Positions 8,919 through 17,078 of a stretch of DNA of 32,000 nt are shown here, in pieces. The notes beneath the pieces were generated by a model. That model was not told where the DNA came from. It saw only the letters and a program-made list of their open reading frames with translations, and made no database searches. Position numbers and translations under genes: made by a program. The DNA is from Dickeya dadantii NCPPB 898 (GTDB lineage Bacteria; Pseudomonadota; Gammaproteobacteria; Enterobacterales; Enterobacteriaceae): contig NZ_CM001976.1 of assembly GCF_000406145.1 (NCBI RefSeq), forward strand, positions 1,862,061-1,894,060, given 5' to 3'. Every line of letters starts with the position of its first letter. The stretch's first letter is position 1.

Positions 8919-9452
8919 ATGAATTATCCAACCGTATCAGTAAACGGCGTTTCCGTTCGTGTTGATGACGCCGGGCGCTACAGTCTCAATGATCTCCATG
9001 CCGCAGCGGTCGCAAATGGTGAGGCTACTGAATCTCAAAGGCCAAGCGTGTTCTTGCGTAGTGCGCAAGTTAAACGCTTCATTAAGGCATTACAGGCCAA
9101 AGCACTAAAAAGTGCTTCGGAACAAAATCAGCCACTTAGAGTGACGAAGGGTGGCGATGAAACCGGTGCTTGGGGTGTTGAGATCTTAGCCATACGCTAT
9201 GCAGCCTGGATTAAGCCGGAATTTGAAATCGAGGTATACGAGGTGTTCAGGATGGCGATTCGCCTCGGTATCAGTGCCATGTCCCGCCTGAATAAGATTG
9301 ACCACATCATCAGCACAGAAACCAAAGAGATCAGCCAGTGCGCCAGAAAAATGGCTGGATGGGGTGCGGGTGGGCGCAAAAGACTGCTCCAGGCTGCGCG
9401 AGAACGGGCAGCCGATGAAGTGCAGATGTACCTGCCGGGAATAGAGGCGTGA
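8919..9452 (+). CDS. KilA-N domain protein (antirepressor/regulator-like)
   Basis: ATG 8919. RYSLNDLHAAA ... RPSVFLRS ... TGAWGVEILAIRYAAWIKPEFEIEVYEVF matches the KilA-N domain pattern. The C-terminal ~65 aa are unrecognised. Confidence 0.7.
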   Translation: MNYPTVSVNGVSVRVDDAGRYSLNDLHAAAVANGEATESQRPSVFLRSAQVKRFIKALQAKALKSASEQNQPLRVTKGGDETGAWGVEILAIRYAAWIKPEFEIEVYEVFRMAIRLGISAMSRLNKIDHIISTETKEISQCARKMAGWGAGGRKRLLQAARERAADEVQMYLPGIEA

Positions 9453-9481
9453 TGTCGTGGCGCGTCCATGCGCCGAAGGCG

Positions 9482-10237
9482 TCAACCTAAAATACCGGCA
9501 ATGCGGGTTGTTAACTCATCTTTTGTCATGATGACGAAGCCGCGTTTCTGGAGTAGCTCGGTCATTGTTTTTACGCTGATAAGGTGCTCATCTTCACGAG
9601 CTATTTCGGCTCGATCCATCCGGCCATCTCTAAAGGTCAGGAGTACGCGGCCACTAAATAGCGGAGAGGATACCGGGCGATTGTCTATTATCAGGCAGTG
9701 GATGTACTCAATCGCCTGTAGCATTTGTGTTTGAGTCAGGTCTTCGATGCGCTCGACATTAAAACGCTGGTGAATGAGTGAATAGGCATCCGAATAGATC
9801 ATCCCGGTTTTGCCGACCAGCAGGTTAACAGCGTCACGCAATGGTGTGCGCTCCAGTGTTGTGGTTTTCTCCGGGCGGCTTTCGCACTGGTTGAAGTAGC
9901 AATCTTCCAATTTCTCGAACACGTCCCACGCTTGATCTGTCTCCAGCATCTTGGCGTGACGGGCGGCACCGCGTTCTGTCCATAGCGTTAAGGCGCGAAT
10001 ATTTGTAGGGATTTTCACAGAGTCTCTTAAAGATACTCTGTGCTTTATTTCGCTTAATTCTGAACCGGTTAGCTTAAAAAAGTGCTTCCCTTCAACAAAG
10101 CGATCACGGTTTCTCTGAAAATTGTTGCGGATGCGAACGGAGTCAGTGCCGTAAAGCTGTGCCAGCAGTTCAGTGGTGATAACCGGTATTGAGTTGTGGC
10201 TGATGGCTGGCAGGGTTTCTACTGTGAATGTAGTCAT
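9482..10237 (-). CDS. ORF6N-domain antirepressor-like protein
   Basis: ATG at 10237 with an AAGAGG RBS; the track start at 10273 is less likely. ITTELLAQLYGTDSVRIRNNFQRNRDRFVEGKHFFKLTG ... LWTERGAARHAKMLETDQAWDVFEKLEDCYF matches the ORF6N pattern of phage antirepressors. Confidence 0.7.
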   Translation of the reverse strand: MTTFTVETLPAISHNSIPVITTELLAQLYGTDSVRIRNNFQRNRDRFVEGKHFFKLTGSELSEIKHRVSLRDSVKIPTNIRALTLWTERGAARHAKMLETDQAWDVFEKLEDCYFNQCESRPEKTTTLERTPLRDAVNLLVGKTGMIYSDAYSLIHQRFNVERIEDLTQTQMLQAIEYIHCLIIDNRPVSSPLFSGRVLLTFRDGRMDRAEIAREDEHLISVKTMTELLQKRGFVIMTKDELTTRIAGILG

Positions 10238-10409
10238 GACGACCTCTTTTGGTTTCTTTCTACGGAAATCCACGCAAGTGGGTGTCGGGAGGTTAGAAAC
10301 GGCCCAAAAGATACCGCGAACTTATTCCCCATTGCTGGGTGTTGTATTCGTTGCCCTCCCGACATTATTCGGGGTGTGGTCGCGCACTGCGCCCACTGAA
10401 TGACAGGCA

Positions 10410-10436
10410 TAAAAAATCCAACGCTATCGGGGTTGG
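10410..10436 (-). terminator. Weak intrinsic terminator downstream of the 84-aa gene
   Basis: On the - strand: CCAAC..GUUGG followed by AUUUUUUAU. Confidence 0.45.
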
Positions 10437-10510
10437 TTAGGACCGCTTTTGGAGAGGTTTCTACGCCTCGTGACACAGAATGTAGCGGATAGTGATCGGG
10501 GCGTCAACGA

Positions 10511-10765
10511 TTAGTCAATAACTGGCGCTCCTGGCAGATCGTAAACCATCCGGCATTCAACATCAGGGTGATTGACAGGGATTGCACTAAATTGCCACTC
10601 ATGTGAACAGCCAATGACATGATCGCGCCAGCGCCATTGATAGCTAACGGGGCGTGGTGCCTTTGTTGCGATATCAATGATTAATTCGGCCAGCTCTTGG
10701 GCTTCGCCAGATTTAGGTTTGCAACCCTGCGATAGCTCAACTATCCGTTGAAATGACAGCGCCAT
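10511..10765 (-). CDS. Hypothetical 84-aa protein with His/Cys cluster
   Basis: GGAGGG RBS. H49, C53, H55, H66 and C71 are clustered. No family recognised. Confidence 0.55.
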   Translation of the reverse strand: MALSFQRIVELSQGCKPKSGEAQELAELIIDIATKAPRPVSYQWRWRDHVIGCSHEWQFSAIPVNHPDVECRMVYDLPGAPVID

Positions 10766-10919
10766 AGTGCCCTCCGTGTCGATATGCGCAGCGCAGATTA
10801 CTCTACTTCTTGCTGTTGGGGAATGGCAGGAACGGGAGCCTGACCCGGTAAAAACAGGCTATCCACACGGCCACCGGTAGGTGCTAACATTAGTTTCTTT
10901 AACTGATGGGGATAGGGAT

Positions 10920-11618
10920 GTGAGGAAGGCATTAATTACCGCTATATTTTTTTTATCTGGCAGCGCGATGGCAAGTGATTATCTAACCTGTTCTTATGCC
11001 AAGGCTGATATCTCAAAAGGTGTTGGCGCGCCAATGATGAATATGGGAAGCAGTAGAGTTGAGGTTAGTGGCTCATCATTCAAGGCATACAGGCCAGATG
11101 GAACTTATATAATGACGCCGCAACTTACAACAAAAAAGGACGGGTTACTAATTAGCGATGATGGAAATAAAGTATTTGCAGCGAGTGTAGATAAAAGCAA
11201 CTTTGCCGTATCTGATAGAATAAGCAAAACCACAGAGCAGTGGGCATCATGCAGAGTTGTTAGCGATGCAATCAGGGATTTGGAAAATAAAGAAAACGAA
11301 ATAAAATCCATTGAAAAAATGACTGTTTCTCAGGCTAAAGCATATTTTATGACAGAGAAACATGCATTCACCACTAACTGTCTTGTGTGGGACGATGTAA
11401 CAATGATTACGGGGAAAAACCCAGCCATGATCATTGCAGGCGGTGTTCAAATGGGGAAAGGCCCAAAATGGAACGGTGAGGAATATTCATTTACATTCAA
11501 TAATGGCTCAATGATCGCGAGATTTAAACCTTTTGAACCTCGCCATAAATTCCTTATCCAAGCTGGAGATAAGTTTTATGGTTGTGGCCCTTCCTTTATT
11601 GAACGTGGTTATGATTAA
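10920..11618 (+). CDS. Secreted (Sec signal peptide) protein of unknown function, AT-rich moron
   Basis: A GTG start at 10920 gives MRKALITAIFFLSGSAMA|SDY, a canonical n-h-c signal with an AxA cleavage site. The mature protein has 4 Cys. GC is much lower than the flanks. A strong terminator follows. The start codon is uncertain: the track start is 10881, and an internal ATG at 10968 would remove the signal peptide. Confidence 0.6.
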   Translation: MRKALITAIFFLSGSAMASDYLTCSYAKADISKGVGAPMMNMGSSRVEVSGSSFKAYRPDGTYIMTPQLTTKKDGLLISDDGNKVFAASVDKSNFAVSDRISKTTEQWASCRVVSDAIRDLENKENEIKSIEKMTVSQAKAYFMTEKHAFTTNCLVWDDVTMITGKNPAMIIAGGVQMGKGPKWNGEEYSFTFNNGSMIARFKPFEPRHKFLIQAGDKFYGCGPSFIERGYD

Positions 11619-11635
11619 TTTAACGCAGTATAGCC

Positions 11636-11661
11636 AAAACCCCGCTCGCGGGGTTTTTTTA
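11636..11661 (+). terminator. Intrinsic terminator closing the cargo island
   Basis: AAAACCCCG-CUCG-CGGGGUUUU with a U7 tract. Confidence 0.8.
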
Positions 11662-11678
11662 TGCCCGGAGAAAAGTAA

Positions 11679-14600
11679 ATGCCGACTAAAGCAGGTGAGA
11701 TTTATTACGATATCGAGTTAGAAACCGCACAATTACTGTCGTCCCAACGGGAGGCAAATTCCGCGCTGGACTCTCTGGGGCGGGGCTTCACGCGAACAAC
11801 GCGGAGTATTGAAGCGACAGAAACGGCCATGTCCAGCCTGTCACGTGTTGCGGTGGCGCTGACGGCGGCATTATCCGTTCAGCAGGTGTCCGAATATGCG
11901 AATGCTTGGACGACTGTTAGCAACAAGCTGGCTAACTCTGTGCGTCCACATGAACAACTGGTAGACGTTACTCAGCGTGTATTTTCGATCACTCAATCCA
12001 CTCGCTCCAGCCTCGATGCTACCGCGTCACTGTATGCCCGACTCGAACGCGCCACTCGGCAATACGGCACCAGCGCTGGCGATTTGGCCCGCCTGACCGC
12101 CATCATCAATCAGGGATTCATCGTTTCTGGTGCCACCACGCAGGAGGCGGAGAACGCCATCATCCAGTTATCGCAGGGGTTGGCATCTGGAACACTGCGC
12201 GGCGAGGAATTTAACTCCGTCAACGAGCAAGGCAACCGGCTTATGGTAGCGCTGGCGGATTCGCTCGGCGTCGGTATTGGGCAACTCCGCAACATGGCTG
12301 CACAGGGCAAATTGACAACAGATGTTGTTGTTAAGGGGTTGCTGTCTCAGGGTTCAAAAATCGGCGCAGAGTTCGCCAAAACCATCGCAACGACCTCCCA
12401 ATCGCTGGAATTAGCCAAAAACAACATCACTAAATTTTTCGGCGAGAGTACATCCGTTCAAACCGGACTATCAATTTTTAATAACGCAGTAATCTCCGCC
12501 AGTAACCATATGGAGATAATGGGCAGTGCGCTTGCCGCCGTAGCGGTTGTGCTTGGTGGTCGCTTTGCTGGTGCGCTGACTATGGCTGCGGCCCAGCAGG
12601 TTAAATCCATAGCGGCCAGTATTGCCAGTGCAAAGGCGGCGGCACAATCCGCAGCGGCTGCCGAATTGGATGCGGCGGCACAGCTTCGACTGGCTCAGGC
12701 TAACAAGGACACGGCCCTGTCCGATCTGAATCTGGCGCAGGCGCGGCTGAATGTCATCCGCGAAACGAATGCGGCAGGTGTGGCTGAGGTGGCGTTAGCT
12801 GACTCCAAAGCGGCTAGTATCAGGACGAATTTGGCTCAAATTGAAGCGGAAAAAGCATTAGAAACTCAACGGTTGAAGGCGCAGATCAGCGAGCAGGGCC
12901 GCATTGCTACTGCAACGCGCATGGCTGAACTGCAACGCGCATCTACCGCTCTTACCGCTCAACTGGCAACAACCGAGGCCGCCGCGTCTCAGGCTAGGGC
13001 AACGGCGATAGCGCAGGCAGAGGCGCAAGTGTCCTCTGCTCGTTTAGCGACTGCTGATGCCTCCGGCGTTGCCGCCGCAGCGAATGGTAGATACGCAGCA
13101 TCACAAGAGATGGCTACCGCCGCCACAAAAGCTGCAAGGACATCAATAGGACTGCTAAACGGCGCGCTGGCATTGATCGGTGGCCCGTCTGGTTTTGCTA
13201 TGGCAGCGGCTGCAACAGTGTTTTTTCTTTACCAGAGAATGCAGCAAGCCAAACAAGAAAGCATCGATTTTGCCGATAAGCTGGATGGTGTTATCGCGAA
13301 AATGCGCGAGATGAGCTTCGCGCAACTGGATAAAGAAGTCGCAAAAGGGGAAAAATCCCTGATTGCTCAGGCTGATGCGATATCTGATTTAAAAACGCAA
13401 CTCATCGAGTTGCGTGCCGAGGAATCGAAATACACTGGTTTGATATCTCAATATAAATCAGAGGGCGAGTGGGGGAAAAACCTTGCCGACATCCGGCGTA
13501 AAATAAGGATCGCCACCGGCGAGCTCGACGAAGCGGAGACCAAGCGCAGCCAGACGGCCAGCAAAGTCGGGATCATTCAGGCTCAGATGAATGGTCAGCT
13601 GAAGCAGGGGGCTGACTTGCTCCAGCGGAACAGTCAAGAGACTGGCGTAGCTGCTGGCATGATGAATAATTTAGGCCAGATGATTAATTTTGCAGCTAAA
13701 TCGAAGGAGAGATTTAACGCCACGTCGCTGAAAGTGACGGCTAACCCGGATGCACAGAAGGAGATAGATGACCTGCAAGAGCAGGTCAAACTGCTTGGCA
13801 TTGTCGATAAACGCCAGCGCGCTATCACAGAGGCTCAGGATAAAGCGAAAACCAAGGGCGGAAACACTAATCAGATTCGCGAGGCTGGGGAGTACGCGGC
13901 CAAATTGCACGACCTGAAGGAAGCAGAATCAGATCGGGAAAAAGCCCAACGTGAAGCTGAATCTGAGGCCAACAAAGCCGCCAATCAGCAGCAATCCATC
14001 GCGCTGAAACTTGAAAACCTGCGTCAACAAACGGAAATGACGGCAGAGTCTACCCGCGAACTGACCCGTGAACAGGCTGTGCTGCGTGCCCAGCAGTCTC
14101 TAGGTGGTGGCGCCACTGATGAGCAGATCAGGCTGGCCGGGGAGTTAGCCGGTAAAAAATGGGACGTGGCTAACGCCATCCGCGCCGAGGCGGCTGCTCA
14201 GAAGATGCTACCAGAAACAGCGGAGAACAAGAGTTATCAGGATGATTTGAAAGACCTGAAGATTGCGCTGACCAGCAAAAAAATATCTCAGGAGCAGTTT
14301 AACACTACCGCCGAGCGACTGGAGCAGGAGCACCAGGCGAAGCTGGCAAAAATCCGCTCCCAGCAAGCGGTAACGCCAACCCAGGAGGCGCTGGGGCAGG
14401 TTGACCCTGTGCAGCAACTGGCGAATCAGCATGCGCAGCAACTGGCACTAATCCAGCAATTTGAACAGCAGGGTGTACTGGCGCATGAAAATGCGCTGGC
14501 ACTACGCAACGCTGCAGATACGCAGTACGAGCAACAGCGCATAGCAGCGGCGTGGCAAATCTGGGAGCAGCAGAACACCACAAACAAGCTGTTGGGGTCA

Positions 14601-15260
14601 GCAATCGATTCGATGAGTAGCTCGGCCTCAAGTGCGCTAACTGGGTTGATTAATGGCACTCAGAGCCTGCAGCAGGCGCTGGCAAACATCGGATCAACCA
14701 TTCTCAACAGCGTAATCAGTGCATTGATTGAAATGGGAATGCAGCAGGTTAAAAACGCAATTATGGGGCAGGCGGCGGCAACCGCCGCACTTGCTGCCAC
14801 CACAGCGCAAGCCACCGCCGCCGCATCGGCATGGGCGCCAGCGGCGATCAGCGCGTCAATTGCCACGATGGGGGCGGCATCCACTGTTGGCACAACCGCA
14901 TACACTGGCGCGCTGGCGGCATCAAAAGGCTTGGCTATCGCCGGCGCCCGCTACAACGGCGGCCCCGTCTCAGCAGACAGCTTGTATCAAGTCGGCGAGC
15001 ACGGTAAGCCGGAAATATTCAAGGCTAGCAACGGTAGCCAGTACATGATCCCCGGAGATAACGGCTCTGTTATCAGTAATCGGGATCTGGCTGGCTCTTC
15101 TGGCGGCGGAGCGGCGGTTACCCAGACAAACCATTTCACCATCAACACTACCGGCGGTATTGATGACACCACAATGGCAAAGCTGGCTGCAATGATGAAG
15201 CAGGTCAGTTTGAGCACCATAAAAAGCGAGCAGCGCCCGAACGGGCTGTTAAGGAAATGA
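11679..15260 (+). CDS. Tail tape measure protein
   Basis: 1193 aa with a GGAG RBS. Contains the tape-measure domain motif GATTQEAENAIIQLSQGLASGTLRGEEFNSVNEQGNRLMVALADSLG. Long Ala/Gln/Glu coiled coil. C-terminal YQVGEHGKPEIF motif as in lambda gpH. Confidence 0.9.
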   Translation: MPTKAGEIYYDIELETAQLLSSQREANSALDSLGRGFTRTTRSIEATETAMSSLSRVAVALTAALSVQQVSEYANAWTTVSNKLANSVRPHEQLVDVTQRVFSITQSTRSSLDATASLYARLERATRQYGTSAGDLARLTAIINQGFIVSGATTQEAENAIIQLSQGLASGTLRGEEFNSVNEQGNRLMVALADSLGVGIGQLRNMAAQGKLTTDVVVKGLLSQGSKIGAEFAKTIATTSQSLELAKNNITKFFGESTSVQTGLSIFNNAVISASNHMEIMGSALAAVAVVLGGRFAGALTMAAAQQVKSIAASIASAKAAAQSAAAAELDAAAQLRLAQANKDTALSDLNLAQARLNVIRETNAAGVAEVALADSKAASIRTNLAQIEAEKALETQRLKAQISEQGRIATATRMAELQRASTALTAQLATTEAAASQARATAIAQAEAQVSSARLATADASGVAAAANGRYAASQEMATAATKAARTSIGLLNGALALIGGPSGFAMAAAATVFFLYQRMQQAKQESIDFADKLDGVIAKMREMSFAQLDKEVAKGEKSLIAQADAISDLKTQLIELRAEESKYTGLISQYKSEGEWGKNLADIRRKIRIATGELDEAETKRSQTASKVGIIQAQMNGQLKQGADLLQRNSQETGVAAGMMNNLGQMINFAAKSKERFNATSLKVTANPDAQKEIDDLQEQVKLLGIVDKRQRAITEAQDKAKTKGGNTNQIREAGEYAAKLHDLKEAESDREKAQREAESEANKAANQQQSIALKLENLRQQTEMTAESTRELTREQAVLRAQQSLGGGATDEQIRLAGELAGKKWDVANAIRAEAAAQKMLPETAENKSYQDDLKDLKIALTSKKISQEQFNTTAERLEQEHQAKLAKIRSQQAVTPTQEALGQVDPVQQLANQHAQQLALIQQFEQQGVLAHENALALRNAADTQYEQQRIAAAWQIWEQQNTTNKLLGSAIDSMSSSASSALTGLINGTQSLQQALANIGSTILNSVISALIEMGMQQVKNAIMGQAAATAALAATTAQATAAASAWAPAAISASIATMGAASTVGTTAYTGALAASKGLAIAGARYNGGPVSADSLYQVGEHGKPEIFKASNGSQYMIPGDNGSVISNRDLAGSSGGGAAVTQTNHFTINTTGGIDDTTMAKLAAMMKQVSLSTIKSEQRPNGLLRK

Positions 15261-15261
15261 C

Positions 15262-15612
15262 ATGGCGGAAGTGTTCGTCTGGTCGCCACAGGCCAGTATC
15301 CAGCTCACGCGTGAACCAAGCGTATCTGTCGTGAAGTTCGGCGACGGCTATGAACAGCGACAAGTGAAGGGGATCAACTCGGTGATGGATAAATACTCGC
15401 TGACGTTCCGTGGTGTATCTGGCATGTGTGGGCGAGAAAACGTCGCTGTGGCCGCAGAAGCATTCTTGAAAGCACGAGGTGCGGTGGAGTCGTTCTATTG
15501 GACGCCTCCGCATACCGGCGCGCCGGCGCTGTTTGTCTGTCGAAGTTGGACGTTAACGAAAAATCACGGGCTGTATGAACTGACAGCTGATTTTGAGCAA
15601 GTACCGCGATAA
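15262..15612 (+). CDS. Minor tail protein, lambda gpM family
   Basis: 116 aa. KFGDGYEQR ... FYW motifs. Follows the tape measure as in lambda. Confidence 0.8.
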   Translation: MAEVFVWSPQASIQLTREPSVSVVKFGDGYEQRQVKGINSVMDKYSLTFRGVSGMCGRENVAVAAEAFLKARGAVESFYWTPPHTGAPALFVCRSWTLTKNHGLYELTADFEQVPR

Positions 15613-15634
15613 GCCTCCTTATGGGGGCTTTTTA
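15611..15634 (+). terminator. Terminator-like hairpin between gpM- and gpL-like genes
   Basis: AAGCCUCC-UUAU-GGGGGCUU (one G-U pair) followed by UUUUAAU. Confidence 0.5.
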
Positions 15635-15645
15635 ATGGGGTTGTT

Positions 15646-16350
15646 ATGCGCGATATACCATCTGAACTCATTATTCAAAGCGTTGATGCCGGTGTTGGCG
15701 CATTCATCGACCTATTCGACGTTAACCTGCAGCCGCTCGGTGGCGACATTATCCGGTTTCACGCCGGCACCAATGACTATTATGGCGACGTGATCTGGAA
15801 GGGGTTGGCGTATTCAGCTTATCCGATCGCGGTGGAAGGGTTCGAAACCAAAAATGAAGGCGCCTACGCCCGACCGACGATGAAAGTCGCCAATATCACC
15901 GGGCTTATCACCGGCATCAATGCTGATTTTGATGATGCCTTGGGCGCAGTGGTGACGCGGCGTCAGGTACCCGTCAGCGCACTGGATGCCGTGAACTTTC
16001 CGAACGGCAATCCAGATGCCGATCCTACGCAAGAAGCGGTTTCTCGTTATGTCATAGAGGAAATGGCGGAAGAGACGTTCGAAACCGTGACCTACAACTT
16101 GGCGACGCCGATCGACTGCGACAACGCCATCATCCCGGCTCGCACAATTCTGGCCGACGTGTGTCAGTGGCTTTACCGCGGTGACGGCTGCGGTTATACC
16201 GGCGGCCCGGTTGCCGACGAGCGGGACAATCCGACGGGTGATGCATCGAAAGACCGTTGTTCCCACCGCAAGTCCGGCTGCCGCCTACGCTTCCCGAAAC
16301 CCGCCGTCCTGCCGATTGGCACATTCCCCGGATCGTCGAAGGTGTCGTGA
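15646..16350 (+). CDS. Minor tail protein, lambda gpL family
   Basis: 234 aa. The C-terminal Cys cluster CQWLYRGDGC...CSHRKSGC matches the Fe-S ligands of lambda gpL. Confidence 0.85.
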   Translation: MRDIPSELIIQSVDAGVGAFIDLFDVNLQPLGGDIIRFHAGTNDYYGDVIWKGLAYSAYPIAVEGFETKNEGAYARPTMKVANITGLITGINADFDDALGAVVTRRQVPVSALDAVNFPNGNPDADPTQEAVSRYVIEEMAEETFETVTYNLATPIDCDNAIIPARTILADVCQWLYRGDGCGYTGGPVADERDNPTGDASKDRCSHRKSGCRLRFPKPAVLPIGTFPGSSKVS

Positions 16351-17078
16351 TGTTGGAGCAAGAATGTATCGACTACGCCGCCGGTGAGCCGGGGCGGGAA
16401 GTGTGCGGATTGGTTGTTAATGATGATCAACTGGTGAAATGCCGGAACATACACTCAAACCCGGCAGAGCGCTTCCGAATAAGCGACGATGACTGGTTAA
16501 AAGCAGAAGCGGCGGGAGAAATCACCGCCGTTTTTCATTCTCATCCCGGTAACTCGCTGGCGCTATCCGGTGCCGATCGGCAGATGCAGATAACGACCGC
16601 TTTGCCGTGGTGGCTGGTTAGCTGCGGGGTGCTACGCAAATTCTGTCCCGTCCCCCATCTATTGGGAAGGCAGTTCGAACACGGCGTGACGGACTGCTAC
16701 ACGCTGTTCCGGGACGCATATCACCTATGCGGCATTGACCTTCCAGATTTTGAGCGGGTAAACGGCTGGTGGGTACGGGGCGAAAATCTTTATCTGAAAA
16801 ACCTGACAGCTAACGGATTCCGCACCATAGCGCGGCAGGATATCCAACCCGGTGACGTGATTATCCGCCGCCCGTTCCCCGAAGCCGATCCGTGCCACGC
16901 CATGATTTATCTTGGCGGCGGACAGGTGCTGCATCACGACTGCGCCGGCCGGCTGAGCCGCCGGGAGCCATACCGACCGGCCTATGTCCAGCAAACACAT
17001 TCGATATGGAGGCACGAACAGTGCTCGTCTTTAAATTTGCAGGGCATCTACGCCGACATTTCCGCCAAATCGTACTGA
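16350..17078 (+). CDS. Tail tip assembly protein, lambda gpK family (MPN/JAMM + NlpC/P60)
   Basis: ATG 16350 overlaps the gpL-like TGA. Intact JAMM motif HSHPGNSLALSGAD (HxHx7Sx2D). NlpC/P60-type GVTDCYTLFRDAY. Confidence 0.85.
   Translation: MLEQECIDYAAGEPGREVCGLVVNDDQLVKCRNIHSNPAERFRISDDDWLKAEAAGEITAVFHSHPGNSLALSGADRQMQITTALPWWLVSCGVLRKFCPVPHLLGRQFEHGVTDCYTLFRDAYHLCGIDLPDFERVNGWWVRGENLYLKNLTANGFRTIARQDIQPGDVIIRRPFPEADPCHAMIYLGGGQVLHHDCAGRLSRREPYRPAYVQQTHSIWRHEQCSSLNLQGIYADISAKSY

Noticed and set aside
14728-15048. 106-aa Pro/Arg-rich ORF in an alternative frame of the tape measure gene
   Set aside because: The composition is typical of an out-of-frame reading of Ala/Gln-rich GC-rich coding sequence. 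There is no start context.
16257-16349. Upstream extension of the gpK-like ORF (track start 16257)
   Set aside because: It lies inside the gpL-like gene in another frame. ATG 16350 overlaps the gpL stop, the usual coupling in this operon.
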